The notes under the pieces were generated by a model. The model saw only the letters and a list, made by a program, of their open reading frames with translations. It ran no database searches and was not told where the DNA came from. A DNA stretch of 64,000 nt from Candidatus Uhrbacteria bacterium (GTDB taxonomy: Bacteria; Patescibacteriota; Patescibacteriia; GWA2-47-26). The stretch spans positions 128,856 through 192,855 of the forward strand of contig JACPJN010000006.1 of assembly GCA_016187515.1 (NCBI GenBank), given 5' to 3'. Positions 34,761-43,456 of the stretch are shown in pieces (the stretch's first letter is position 1; each line of letters begins with the position of its first letter). Both the position numbers and the translations under genes were made by a program.

Positions 34761-35942
34761 CTAGAGCATACTCCACGCGCGAAAAGTGTCAAGCATTTTC
34801 TGCGCTGATTTTTGCCAAGAAAATTCCTGCGCGCGGACGTAGCCGGCTTCAATGTAATGCCGCCGCACCTCATTGTCTTCCAAAAGCACCCGCATCCCCG
34901 CGGCAATTTCATCCGTTTTCCACGGACTGACCAGCACCGCGCCGTTGCCGCAAATCTCGGGCACGGAGGAGGCGGAGGAGGCCACGACCGGCACGCCCGC
35001 GGCCATGGCTTCGAGCGGCGGAAAACCAAATCCTTCATAAAATGAAGGATAAACAAAAAGACGCGCTCCGGCGTACAGGTCTATTTTTTGTTCCTCGGTT
35101 GGATTCTCGATTAAACGGATGCGCTCGCGCAATTTGCTTTGGGCAATACGTTTTTTTAAGCGCTTTGTATAAGGAGTGGCCAAACCGGCGATCCACAATT
35201 GCTCCCGCGGTTTCAGTGCCTCGTATGCGGCAATCAACCCTTCAATATTTTTCCGCGGCTCCAGCGCGCCGAAATATAATATGAAGTCATCAGTCATCGG
35301 TTCACAGTTCACGGTTTTAGTTTTAATGTGAACTGTTGACTGTGAACTATTGACTCCACCTCCGGGATAGATCACGCTGATCTTCTTCGGCGGTATTCCA
35401 TACGTCTCCATCAAATCGTCCTTGGTATGCCTCGACACCGCGATAATATGATCGGCGCGTTTCAAAAGCGCGCGCGGACCGATGGCGCGATGCCAAAGCC
35501 GGCTTTTCAGCGAAAAATGTTCAGGGAAATGTATAAACGATAGGTCGTGAATAGTTAGAATGAGCTTGGTGCGCGATGGAAGCGCGATGAAATTCAGGTT
35601 GGGCATGAAAAAAATATCTAGACCCCCTCTAACTCCCCCTCGGAGAGGGGGAGAAACGATACGATTTCCTCCCCTGCCCGAGGGGAGGTTAGGAGGGGTG
35701 GGAGCACCAAACACCTTCATCCCTACATTCAACGCCTTATTCGGCCATCTTGTGTGATACACGCGCGCATTTGGATATTCGGAAAACTCCGGCACGGATA
35801 ATTTTCCTGCCGCGTTGTACCACACCACATACTCATTGACGCGATCCAACTCAAAAAGCGCGCGCAGAAGATGATAAGTATACTGCCCCACACCGCTTCT
35901 GGGCGTACTCTGCAGCGCGCGGCCGTCAATTGCTATTCTCAT
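34761..35942 (-). CDS. glycosyltransferase family 4 (GT-B, retaining)
   Basis: EGFGFPPLEAMAAGVPVVAS is the GT4 E-x7-E region. An in-frame GC-rich palindromic element at 35622-35706 encodes PPNLPSGRGGNRIVSPPLRGGVRGGLD. Confidence 0.85.
   Translation of the reverse strand: MRIAIDGRALQSTPRSGVGQYTYHLLRALFELDRVNEYVVWYNAAGKLSVPEFSEYPNARVYHTRWPNKALNVGMKVFGAPTPPNLPSGRGGNRIVSPPLRGGVRGGLDIFFMPNLNFIALPSRTKLILTIHDLSFIHFPEHFSLKSRLWHRAIGPRALLKRADHIIAVSRHTKDDLMETYGIPPKKISVIYPGGGVNSSQSTVHIKTKTVNCEPMTDDFILYFGALEPRKNIEGLIAAYEALKPREQLWIAGLATPYTKRLKKRIAQSKLRERIRLIENPTEEQKIDLYAGARLFVYPSFYEGFGFPPLEAMAAGVPVVASSASSVPEICGNGAVLVSPWKTDEIAAGMRVLLEDNEVRRHYIEAGYVRAQEFSWQKSAQKMLDTFRAWSML
35622..35706. repeat. GC-rich composite palindromic element, reference copy (gaccccctctaactccccctcggagagggggag...cctcccctgcccgaggggaggttaggaggggtgggag)
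   Basis: Two internal dyads: CCCCCTC..GAGGGGG and CCTCCCC-TGCCCGA-GGGGAGG. About 90 percent identical to 62860-62938 and to the reverse complement of 11795-11890. Confidence 0.75.
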
Positions 35943-35956
35943 AGCTACAGGATAAG

Positions 35957-37078
35957 TTATAAGAGCTTCGCTCTTGTATGTCCGCCTTGAAACTCCCCGT
36001 AGGCGCGCTCCACGTATCCTTGCATCCGCGTTTTAAATTCCGGCAAATCAAACTGCCGCGCCCAGGCGCGAATTTCCTCCGGCTGATATTCTTCCGGCTT
36101 AAAATTAGTAACCGCGTCAAGGAGCGTCTCCCATTTCTGTTCATAAAAAAACTTACCGGTTTTACCCTCCCGCACGGTCTCCAGCGCCCCGCCGCGCCCA
36201 TAGGCCACCACTGGCCGGCCCGACGCCATGGCTTCGAGCGGCAGCAATCCGAGGTCCTCGAGTTGCGGATGTAAAAACGCCACGCACTCGGAGAGCAGTT
36301 GGGACTTTTCTTTATCGGAAACGTGTCCTAAGAATTTGATATTTTTCTTGGCCATTTTTCTCAAGGGCTGCTCATACGGCCCGCGTCCAAAAATTAAAAG
36401 CGGCCAGCCCAGGCGATTAAATGCTTCAATCGTCAAATCAAAACGCTTATAAGCCACCAGCCGCCCGCCGGCCAGAAAATAATTTCCGACCTTGCGGCTG
36501 ACATAAAATTGCGAACAATCCACCGGCGGATAGATTACCTCGGCCTCGCGATCATAGTATTTTTTAATCCGCTTGGCCACGGTCTGCGAATTAGCCAGAA
36601 AGCGATCCACGCGCAAGGCGCTCGTGCGATCCCACATGCGCAGAGAAGTGAGTAGAAAAGGAAGGGCAAATTTAATGGCGCGGTTCGTGCGCAAGTCCTT
36701 AATATAACTATGGGTCTCGGTCCAAAGATACCGGGTGGGCGTGTGACAGTAGGAAATATGCAAGGCGTCCGGACGAGTAACGACGCCCTTGGCAAAAGCC
36801 GAAGAAGAGGAAAGTACCGCGTCAAATTCTCCCAGATCATGGTGCTCGGTAGCGGCCGGCATGAGCGGAAGCGTCCACCGATAGTAACGCAGCACCCCGG
36901 GCAGTCCTTGGAGCACCGAGGTATGCATATCCCGCTCTTTAAATTCTCTGCCCCAGCGCTTTTTATCGTAAAAAAGCACAAAGATCGGAGCGTTCGGCCA
37001 AATTTGCGAAAACGCCCGCAGTACCCGTTCGGCTCCCCCGTCTTGGATCAAATAATCGTGCACTAAAGCGAGTTTCAT
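35957..37078 (-). CDS. glycosyltransferase family 4
   Basis: MKLALVHDYLIQDGGAERV ... LEDLGLLPLEAMASGRPVVAYGRGGALETV. Confidence 0.85.
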   Translation of the reverse strand: MKLALVHDYLIQDGGAERVLRAFSQIWPNAPIFVLFYDKKRWGREFKERDMHTSVLQGLPGVLRYYRWTLPLMPAATEHHDLGEFDAVLSSSSAFAKGVVTRPDALHISYCHTPTRYLWTETHSYIKDLRTNRAIKFALPFLLTSLRMWDRTSALRVDRFLANSQTVAKRIKKYYDREAEVIYPPVDCSQFYVSRKVGNYFLAGGRLVAYKRFDLTIEAFNRLGWPLLIFGRGPYEQPLRKMAKKNIKFLGHVSDKEKSQLLSECVAFLHPQLEDLGLLPLEAMASGRPVVAYGRGGALETVREGKTGKFFYEQKWETLLDAVTNFKPEEYQPEEIRAWARQFDLPEFKTRMQGYVERAYGEFQGGHTRAKLL

Positions 37079-37090
37079 ATCACAATCAAT

Positions 37091-37205
37091 TCCCCCCTCT
37101 TAAGTTAAGAGGGGGTAGGGGGAGTTATGCCTGTCCGTCTTAGACGAAAGCATACATCATGTTTCATAACCCCTCCCCGCCTCCCCTTATCTTAAGGGGA
37201 GGAGA
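37091..37205. repeat. pair of palindromes (ccccctcttaagttaagaggggg ... ccccttatcttaagggga) in the divergent spacer
   Basis: Read directly from the sequence. The first palindrome is identical to the one inside the carboxypeptidase gene at 12781-12803. Confidence 0.6.
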
Positions 37206-37308
37206 TTGTTTTACGTTACGTTACATTAACACGATCCACCCAGAAAAACAACCCACAACTCATCCCCTGGACAATAAAAACTCCATGTACTACTATACCC
37301 AATGTAGT

Positions 37309-39084
37309 ATGAAAGGCGTTATTTTGGCGGGCGGCTCCGGGAGCCGGCTCATGCCCAACACTAAAGTCACCAACAAACACCTGCTGCCGGTTTACAATAA
37401 ACCGATGATTTATTACGCGATTGAGACGCTCCTGCGCGCCGGCATTCGCGATATTCTTATTTTACCCGGAAAAGAACAAGCCGGCGGGTTTGCTCAACTG
37501 CTCGGATCCGGGTCGGATTTTAACGCCAACTTTACTTACCGCGTGCAAGACAGCGCCTCCGGGCTCGCCTACGCGGTCGGCCTGGCCGAGCCGTTTGTTG
37601 GCCAGGATTGTTTTATGGTCGTCTTTGGCGACAATATTATTCTTGACGATCTTACCCGCGACGTTGCCGAATTTAAAGCCGGCGCGAAAGTATTTCTCAC
37701 TAAGGTTCCGGACCCTTCGCGGTATGGTATCGCCGAACTGGCGGGAGAGAAAGTCGTGCGCATTATTGAAAAACCGACCAACCCGCCCTCGGACTGGGCC
37801 GTAGTGGGCGCTTATCTTTATGACGGGCGGGCTTTTGAATTTATCCGGGGACTCACGCCCTCCGCCCGCGGGGAGCTGGAAATTACCGATCTTAATAATA
37901 AGTACATCGACTCCGGGGCCATGCAAGCCGGATTTCTTAAAGAACCCTGGTTTGACGCCGGCACCCATGAATCCCTGGTTGAGGCGGCCGCCGCGATCCG
38001 CGATATGCGCCGTCCGGTTGAACGCATCAAAACCGTAAACTCGCCGGCGCCCAAAGTGGCCGCCGGAGTTATTCTGGCAAACTCGCGCGCGTATCTGCCT
38101 AAATTTTTTGAGACGCTCCGCGCGCAAGATTACCGAAATCTCGAGCTGATTGCCTTTGACAGTAATACCGAAACCGAAAATGAAGACCTCGCTTTTATTA
38201 AAGCCAATTTTCCGGAGGTAACCATACTGCGCGCCGCCGCTCCAGCAGGAACCTCTGCCGCGCATAACCAAATCATTCAGCAGGCGGCGCTGCAGAACGC
38301 GGAATTCTATCTTACTCTGCACCCCGAGATGATTCTGGAGCAAAATTTTGTTTCTGAACTGGTCAACACCGCGCTCCGTGATCCGCAGTGCGCCGCAGTA
38401 GGCGGAAAACTCAAGCAATGGCACCTATTTAGCGAGCGCGCCTACGGCGGAGCCGGGACGACCAACTTTCTGGAAAGCACGGGGGTATTGATCACGCGCG
38501 AACATCGTTTTATCAACCGCGGAGAAGGAGAAATTGATCATGGCCAATATGACCAGGATTGCGCAGTGTTCGGGGTCAGCGGAACTGCGGCGCTCTACCG
38601 CATTTCCGCGTTAAAATCCATCGCGTTTATCAATGAATCCGGCCGCGCCGAATATTTTGATGAACTCCTGATCTTTAAATACAAGGAAGACGTGGATGTG
38701 GCGTATCGGCTGCAACTGGCCGGATACCGCGCGCTGTACAACCCCCGCGCGGTGGCTTACCACGACTACACCAGCATCCATCACGGCCGCGGGATGCTCG
38801 CGACCGTCCGCCGGCGGCGGCAAAAAACGCGCCGCTACAAAGAGTGGTCCTTTATCAACCACCATATTATTCTTTCCAAGTATCTGGGCGGTCTTTCCGG
38901 GGGAGTGGTCCGATCCACTTTTCTCTACGAACTCAAAGCGCTGATCTATTCCATCCTGCTTGAACCGTATCTATTGCCGCAATTCCTGCGGCTGGCCAAA
39001 ATGAGCCGCCAAATCGCCCAGCGCAAACTCCAGCTCCAGCGCTACGCGCCGAACTTTACACACATTGAGCGGTGGATGGTGTGA
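37309..39084 (+). CDS. fusion of sugar-1-phosphate nucleotidyltransferase (RmlA-like) and glycosyltransferase family 2
   Basis: N-terminus MKGVILAGGSGSRLMPNTKVTNKHLLPVYNKPMIYY is the G1P thymidylyl/uridylyltransferase signature. The C-terminal half has a GT2-like region (VILANSRAYLPKFFETLRAQDYRNLELIAFDSN ... DVDVAYRLQLAGY). Start taken at ATG 37309 within ORF-track 37159..39084. Confidence 0.75.
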   Translation: MKGVILAGGSGSRLMPNTKVTNKHLLPVYNKPMIYYAIETLLRAGIRDILILPGKEQAGGFAQLLGSGSDFNANFTYRVQDSASGLAYAVGLAEPFVGQDCFMVVFGDNIILDDLTRDVAEFKAGAKVFLTKVPDPSRYGIAELAGEKVVRIIEKPTNPPSDWAVVGAYLYDGRAFEFIRGLTPSARGELEITDLNNKYIDSGAMQAGFLKEPWFDAGTHESLVEAAAAIRDMRRPVERIKTVNSPAPKVAAGVILANSRAYLPKFFETLRAQDYRNLELIAFDSNTETENEDLAFIKANFPEVTILRAAAPAGTSAAHNQIIQQAALQNAEFYLTLHPEMILEQNFVSELVNTALRDPQCAAVGGKLKQWHLFSERAYGGAGTTNFLESTGVLITREHRFINRGEGEIDHGQYDQDCAVFGVSGTAALYRISALKSIAFINESGRAEYFDELLIFKYKEDVDVAYRLQLAGYRALYNPRAVAYHDYTSIHHGRGMLATVRRRRQKTRRYKEWSFINHHIILSKYLGGLSGGVVRSTFLYELKALIYSILLEPYLLPQFLRLAKMSRQIAQRKLQLQRYAPNFTHIERWMV

Positions 39085-39153
39085 GAGAAAAAAAAGAAAG
39101 CCCGGGCCGTGCGCACAGGCATTACCAAACAATTAAATTTCGTCAACTGATCA

Positions 39154-39453
39154 CTATTCCGGAATCATTTTTTCTGGATTCAAGAGTCCGCGCACCTTGT
39201 CTCGAATCCCTGCGGTGTTGGTGATGAAACCAAGCAAGGCCTGGTCAGCCCTCACCCCTTCAATCCGTCCGATGAGCTCTGCCGCAGGATAGTCACGGTG
39301 CCCCCCGGGGATGGTGTCAAACCCTTCAAGTACCTCATACAATAGATCAAAACTCGCAGCGCGCGAAACTGCTTCTTTTCTCTCTGGGGTCTGCCAGGCC
39401 TCAACCATGGCTGCCCTGGTCCCTTCTTCTGGTCGCATATTGTTAAACAGCAT
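39154..39453 (-). CDS. hypothetical protein
   Basis: 99-aa ORF. No family recognised. Confidence 0.35.
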   Translation of the reverse strand: MLFNNMRPEEGTRAAMVEAWQTPERKEAVSRAASFDLLYEVLEGFDTIPGGHRDYPAAELIGRIEGVRADQALLGFITNTAGIRDKVRGLLNPEKMIPE

Positions 39454-39481
39454 TGTATCAATACGTTCCTTTTTGTGTCAA

Positions 39482-39543
39482 GACCGCCAGCGGGGTTTTA
39501 AGTAAGATGATAAGGTCGAGCTTTAAGGACCAGTGTTCCATGT
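39482..39543. repeat. 62-bp direct repeat, copy 1 (a duplicate of the 3' terminus of the sugar-transferase gene)
   Basis: gaccgccagcggggttttaagtaagatgataaggtcgagctttaaggaccagtgttccatgt is identical apart from 1 nt to 40739-40800. In the minus frame it encodes MEHWSLKLDLIILLKTPLAV, which is the C-terminus of the 40715..42148 product. Confidence 0.8.
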
Positions 39544-39554
39544 GTGTTGGAAGT

Positions 39555-39920
39555 TTATGGCACAATACAAATAAGTGTGGGAATTTTTGTAAACTTCTTA
39601 TCGCGAGTTACGAGTGGTGCATGTGCTTGCAATGCAGTGGCTGCGATCACAGCATCCGCAGTGGCTAATGCATAGGTGCGTCGAATATGGGCTGCCTCAC
39701 GTGCAAGGGATGGCGTAAGGTCAAATAAGCTGGCGGATTGGAGGAATACCTCGATTTCTTGGGTGTGCGCCTCGGTGATGGCCGGGTACCCCAGTAATTC
39801 CACCACCACGATCGTAGGAAGTGCAATATCTTCGTCTAATCCCCTCGTATCAATACAATCCATGAGGGCTTGATCGTCACCGAGATATCCTATCACCGCG
39901 TTGGTATCGAGCATGAGCAT
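39555..39920 (-). CDS. vapC: PIN-domain toxin VapC
   Basis: MLMLDTNAVIGYL ... D..E ... TRDKKF carries the PIN acidic residues. It lies immediately downstream of the small antitoxin-like gene. Confidence 0.75.
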   Translation of the reverse strand: MLMLDTNAVIGYLGDDQALMDCIDTRGLDEDIALPTIVVVELLGYPAITEAHTQEIEVFLQSASLFDLTPSLAREAAHIRRTYALATADAVIAATALQAHAPLVTRDKKFTKIPTLICIVP

Positions 39921-39939
39921 AACAAAAACTTGCTACTGT

Positions 39940-40185
39940 TCAATGGGAAAGACGCGCATCACTCTCAGCTCGAATTCGCTGCTGATAAGCAAGGGGGTCT
40001 TCGGTAAGTTTGCCCTTAAGGAGTCCACGAAGTTTCCGGAGCGCTTCGTAATTACGAGGAATATGGGGCTCACGGGTTTTACTTACGCCTACCCGCTCCT
40101 TAAGACGATGCAGAAGCCGATCAATTTCATCAAGCTCAAGGCGTAGTTTGTCAGTATCAGTGGTTGTAGAAACAGAATGTTGCAT
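39940..40185 (-). CDS. antitoxin partner of VapC (81 aa)
   Basis: Small charged protein. Its stop lies 20 nt before the vapC start, giving the typical type II TA gene order. Confidence 0.55.
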   Translation of the reverse strand: MQHSVSTTTDTDKLRLELDEIDRLLHRLKERVGVSKTREPHIPRNYEALRKLRGLLKGKLTEDPLAYQQRIRAESDARLSH

Positions 40186-40294
40186 ATGTTGTTATCATAA
40201 CACGGGCAACTCTTTTTTGTCAAATTTTGAAATTTAAAAAAGCCCCGGCCGACGCGCACGCGATGTGCACACCGAACCAAGACGTAAGGACGAC

Positions 40295-40527
40295 CTATTC
40301 GCGTCGTAGCTTCTCCCATCGCGCCTCATGACGATCCGCGGCGCGCCATTCTAGGAGCGCAACCACGATCCCGCTCAGGGCACAGACGCTCATGAACTTT
40401 GCCAGCGCCCAGGCAAAGTCCGGGTCGATCTGGTGTTTCCGAAGCAGAACGACTTCCCAAGCAATTACGCCAAGCGAAAGGAAGAAAGCCACCATTCCGG
40501 CGATTGCCATGATGCGATGGTGAGACA
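40295..40527 (-). CDS. small membrane protein (77 aa, 2 TM)
   Basis: MSHHRIMAIAGMVAFFLSLGVIAWEVV ... SVCALSGIVVALLEW, with a GGAGGGTAC Shine-Dalgarno motif upstream. A further 42-aa membrane ORF (MTRTAQKRAMPGWFDVAWKISVALTYLYIANLLVPVLKRLAN) lies just upstream at 40542..40671. Confidence 0.45.
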
Positions 40528-40714
40528 TGGGTACCCTCCGATCTAGTTGGCCAGCCTCTTGAGGACTGGAACGAGCAAGTTGGCGATGTAGAGGTACGTA
40601 AGGGCGACGGAAATCTTCCACGCCACATCGAACCATCCTGGCATCGCTCGTTTCTGCGCTGTTCTTGTCATCTTGTCTCCTTGATGTACATCGTAACACA
40701 CAACGAGGCACCTG

Positions 40715-42148
40715 TCAATAAGTGCCTCGTTGTCCCGCGACCGCCAGCGGGGTTTTAAGTAAGATGATGAGGTCGAGCTTTAAGGACCAGTGTTCCATGT
40801 AGTAGGTATCCAAGCGCGTCTCTTCGTCAAACGAAAGATCAGCGCGGCCGGAGATTTGGGCCAGTCCGGTCATTCCGGGATTGATTCTCATAATTTTTTT
40901 CTGATGTTTTTCATACTGCGCAACCTCTTCTGGAAAATGCGGTCGCGGACCCACGAGAGACATTTTCCCCGCCAGCACTAAAAACAACTCCGGCAATTCA
41001 TCAATTGACCACTTGCGGATCAATCGGCCTACAGCCGTGATGCGCGGATCCTCGGTATCTTTGAATTTTACCAGCGGCCCTTTGCGGATATCCAAATGCT
41101 TAAGTTCTTTGTAGCGCATTTCATGGGTATCCGGTTTCATCGAACGAAACTTCACATATTGAAACCTCTTACCGCCCTGGCCCACGCGAGGATACTGAAA
41201 TAATATTGATCCTCGCGAGTCAAGTTTAATTGCCAGCGCGGTAAGGAGCATGATCGGGAAAGTAACAATAATCAAAAGTAACGCGCCGATAATATCAAAA
41301 ATCCGCTTATAAACTCTTCCCCAACCTTCGAGCCGCGTGCGCTTAATTTCCATAAGCGGCACCCCGGCCAGCGTATCAAACTCCAGTCCGGCGCCGTGCG
41401 TTGCCAGTACGTCGGCGGAATAACGAAACGCAAGATGGTACTCGTCGGCAAGATCAAGAATTCTATGCAAATCGTCCCCGCCGTTTTGGGAAAGCGCGAT
41501 AATCTGGTCTAATCCGCCCCGCGCGGCAAGCGCGCGCAACTGAAGTTCAGCATCTTTGTTTAATGTTTCTGCGTGGAATACCACTTTGAGTCCATACTTT
41601 GGATTATGCTTGATCATTCCCAGAAGCGCTTGCGCAGAAGATCCGCGGCCAATCACTGCCACGCACTGAAGTCCTACTCCGGCACGCAAGAGTCCACTGC
41701 GAACCACGCGCAGAATTATCCGAGCCATACTGACAAATACGATCGCAAATCCCCAGGATACTAAAAGAATGAACCGTGATTCAAACAATTCGCGGGAAAA
41801 CACGATTACGGCGAGCACCGCGCCAAGCCCGGCGGTGGAAGCCACCACCACCTTTTTAAACTCCTCCAGTTTTTTGCGTCGGCCAATGGTATACAGACCG
41901 GAAAGCGCGAAAATAATAATCCAGCCAAGCGCAATAAGCGCTGCCGCTTTCAGATACAGCTCAAAGGGCAAATTGAATATCACTGGCCGCCGAGCAACCG
42001 CAAATTCCGCATGACGCAGCGCATAAGCTGCAAGCGCGGCCAAAAGCAACGCCGCATAATCCAGAGGGACGAGAATCGTCGTAAAAAAGAGATCTAATCT
42101 CCGCATAAATGGTTGTTGTAGTGTATCATTGGTTAGACCGCTTGACAA
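40715..42148 (-). CDS. polyprenyl-phosphate sugar phosphotransferase (WbaP/bacterial sugar transferase family)
   Basis: N-terminal TM helices followed by the C-terminal catalytic domain KRIFDIIGALLLIIVTFPIMLL...SRGSILFQYPRVGQGGKRFQYVKFRSM...GPRP. Confidence 0.88.
   Translation of the reverse strand: MSSGLTNDTLQQPFMRRLDLFFTTILVPLDYAALLLAALAAYALRHAEFAVARRPVIFNLPFELYLKAAALIALGWIIIFALSGLYTIGRRKKLEEFKKVVVASTAGLGAVLAVIVFSRELFESRFILLVSWGFAIVFVSMARIILRVVRSGLLRAGVGLQCVAVIGRGSSAQALLGMIKHNPKYGLKVVFHAETLNKDAELQLRALAARGGLDQIIALSQNGGDDLHRILDLADEYHLAFRYSADVLATHGAGLEFDTLAGVPLMEIKRTRLEGWGRVYKRIFDIIGALLLIIVTFPIMLLTALAIKLDSRGSILFQYPRVGQGGKRFQYVKFRSMKPDTHEMRYKELKHLDIRKGPLVKFKDTEDPRITAVGRLIRKWSIDELPELFLVLAGKMSLVGPRPHFPEEVAQYEKHQKKIMRINPGMTGLAQISGRADLSFDEETRLDTYYMEHWSLKLDLIILLKTPLAVAGQRGTY
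40739..40800. repeat. 62-bp direct repeat, copy 2 (the native 3' terminus of the sugar-transferase gene)
   Basis: See 39482-39543. Confidence 0.8.
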
Positions 42149-42170
42149 GTACGGCGTAGTATGCTATACT
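42143..42170 (+). promoter_or_regulatory. sigma70-type promoter of rnpB (TTGACA - 16 nt - TATACT)
   Basis: cttgacaagtacggcgtagtatgctatact reads directly as a consensus -35/-10 pair. The transcript would start near 42177. Confidence 0.6.
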
Positions 42171-42177
42171 TGATTTT

Positions 42178-42963
42178 GTACCCTGAAAACCGGATGATCG
42201 CCCCCACACCTATCAGACACAGTGACGCACAGCGTCAAAACAGGACCTAGGTATACAGGTGTTGATGAAAAGCATCGTTTGCCAGTTGAACAAGACAGAC
42301 TTGCTTACTAGTGTCTGAAAGGTGTGGGGGAGGAAAGTCCGAACACCCCAACCAGTGCTTCGCACTGGAAATTCCAAGCACCAAGCACCAAATACCAAAA
42401 AAATCCCAAACTAAAAATTCCAAATCACAAACTTGGAATTTGGGATTTGGAGATTGAATATTGTCTGGAATTTGGAAATTGTGATTTGGGATTTCCAGCG
42501 CGGAGCGCTGGCGGAAGTAGGTACCAGCTAACGGCTGGGCATCCTGCTCGGCATAACACATAAAGCCGGCTGACGGATTAGTGCCACAGAGACAATACTA
42601 CCCCCACACCTATCAGACACTTTGGCGCGAAGCGCCACAAGAGCCTAACCATACGGAAGTTCTTGCTGAATACAACTGCCAGTCGAATAAGACAGGATGT
42701 GCATGTACAAGGTGCCTGAAAGGTGTGGGGGGAAAGGTGAAAAGTGAGGTGGTGTTTATCGCTTAATTCCACTCTAAAGGTGGCGTAAACGAGGAAGCTA
42801 CACCTCTTGCTCCCGAGTAATCGGGATGCGTGGAAAACCCTACCTGGTGCAAGTCGTATAACCGACGCATGAGGCCCCGCGTAAGCGGGGTCCCAGAGAG
42901 ATGATCATCCAGTCCCGCGGACGCGGGACGGACAGAATTCGGCTTACAGGTTTTCTTGGTACG
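42178..42963 (+). ncRNA. rnpB: RNase P RNA (bacterial type A core) with greatly expanded P3, P5.1-region and P12 helices (about 786 nt)
   Basis: CR-I GGAGGAAAGTCCGAACACC is at 42329. A P5.1-like UUCG hairpin ccagtgcttcgcactgg follows. Then CCAGCTAACGGCTGGG (a P8-like GNRA-type hairpin). Then AGTGCCACAGAGACAATAC (cf. E. coli AGUGCAACAGAGAGCAAAC). Then a CR-II-like GGTGAAAAGTGAGGTGG. CR-V ACAGAATTCGGCTTA is at 42932. P1/P2 pairing joins 5' GTACC/GAAAACC with 3' GGTTTTC/GGTAC. The expansions are 42201-42330 (P3 position), 42365-42500 and 42601-42731 (P12 position). Confidence 0.65.
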
Positions 42964-42969
42964 CAAAAA

Positions 42970-42996
42970 GACCCCGCAATCGCGGGGTCTTTTTTA
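42970..42996 (+). terminator. Rho-independent terminator of rnpB
   Basis: gaccccgcaatcgcggggtc followed by ttttttaat. Confidence 0.8.
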
Positions 42997-43006
42997 ATCG
43001 TTAAAA

Positions 43007-43321
43007 TTATTTTTCTCGCGCGCCTGCGCGGCGTGCGGCGTATCCGGAAAGCCGGGCTTGTAAAATTTCTCTGCGATCTTTTGCCTGTCGTAATTTATCC
43101 TCAACTTCTGCCAAATGGGCGGCGGCAACTTTTGTAACATCCCCTTGTTCTCTCCCGCGAATATTCGGACTCATTGGTTGCGGTTGCATCATGCGCTCCA
43201 AATTGAGAATTTCCTGTTCAACTCGCGCCAACTCATCCGCCACGCGCGCTTCAGCTTCATCCTCACTCATGCCTCCCCCCTCTACACTCATTACTTTTAG
43301 ATCGCGAGGTGTTTCACCCAT
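43007..43321 (-). CDS. hypothetical coiled-coil protein (104 aa)
   Basis: Charged, helical composition. Downstream partner of 43457..44122. Confidence 0.4.
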   Translation of the reverse strand: MGETPRDLKVMSVEGGGMSEDEAEARVADELARVEQEILNLERMMQPQPMSPNIRGREQGDVTKVAAAHLAEVEDKLRQAKDRREILQARLSGYAARRAGAREK

Positions 43322-43456
43322 AAATATGAAGTTTATGTCTTATGTTTGCATCTTATCAAATATCCGCTAAATTGTCAAATTAAAGCATCCCTACCGGTTT
43401 CCTTGGTACAATAAAATAACGGCCTTCATGGCCGCTATTTTCATTCTACCTATGAT

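Noticed and set aside
37159-37308. Upstream start candidates for the RmlA-GT2 fusion (ORF-track 37159)
   Set aside because: The first 50 codons are encoded by the intergenic palindromic repeats. The conserved nucleotidyltransferase N-terminus MKGVILAGG begins at ATG 37309.
42213-42772. ORFs 42213..42398, 42247..42561, 42324..42563, 42578..42772 and 42581..42766
   Set aside because: They lie inside the RNase P RNA (CR-I and CR-V landmarks, promoter and terminator identified). The peptides are low-complexity.
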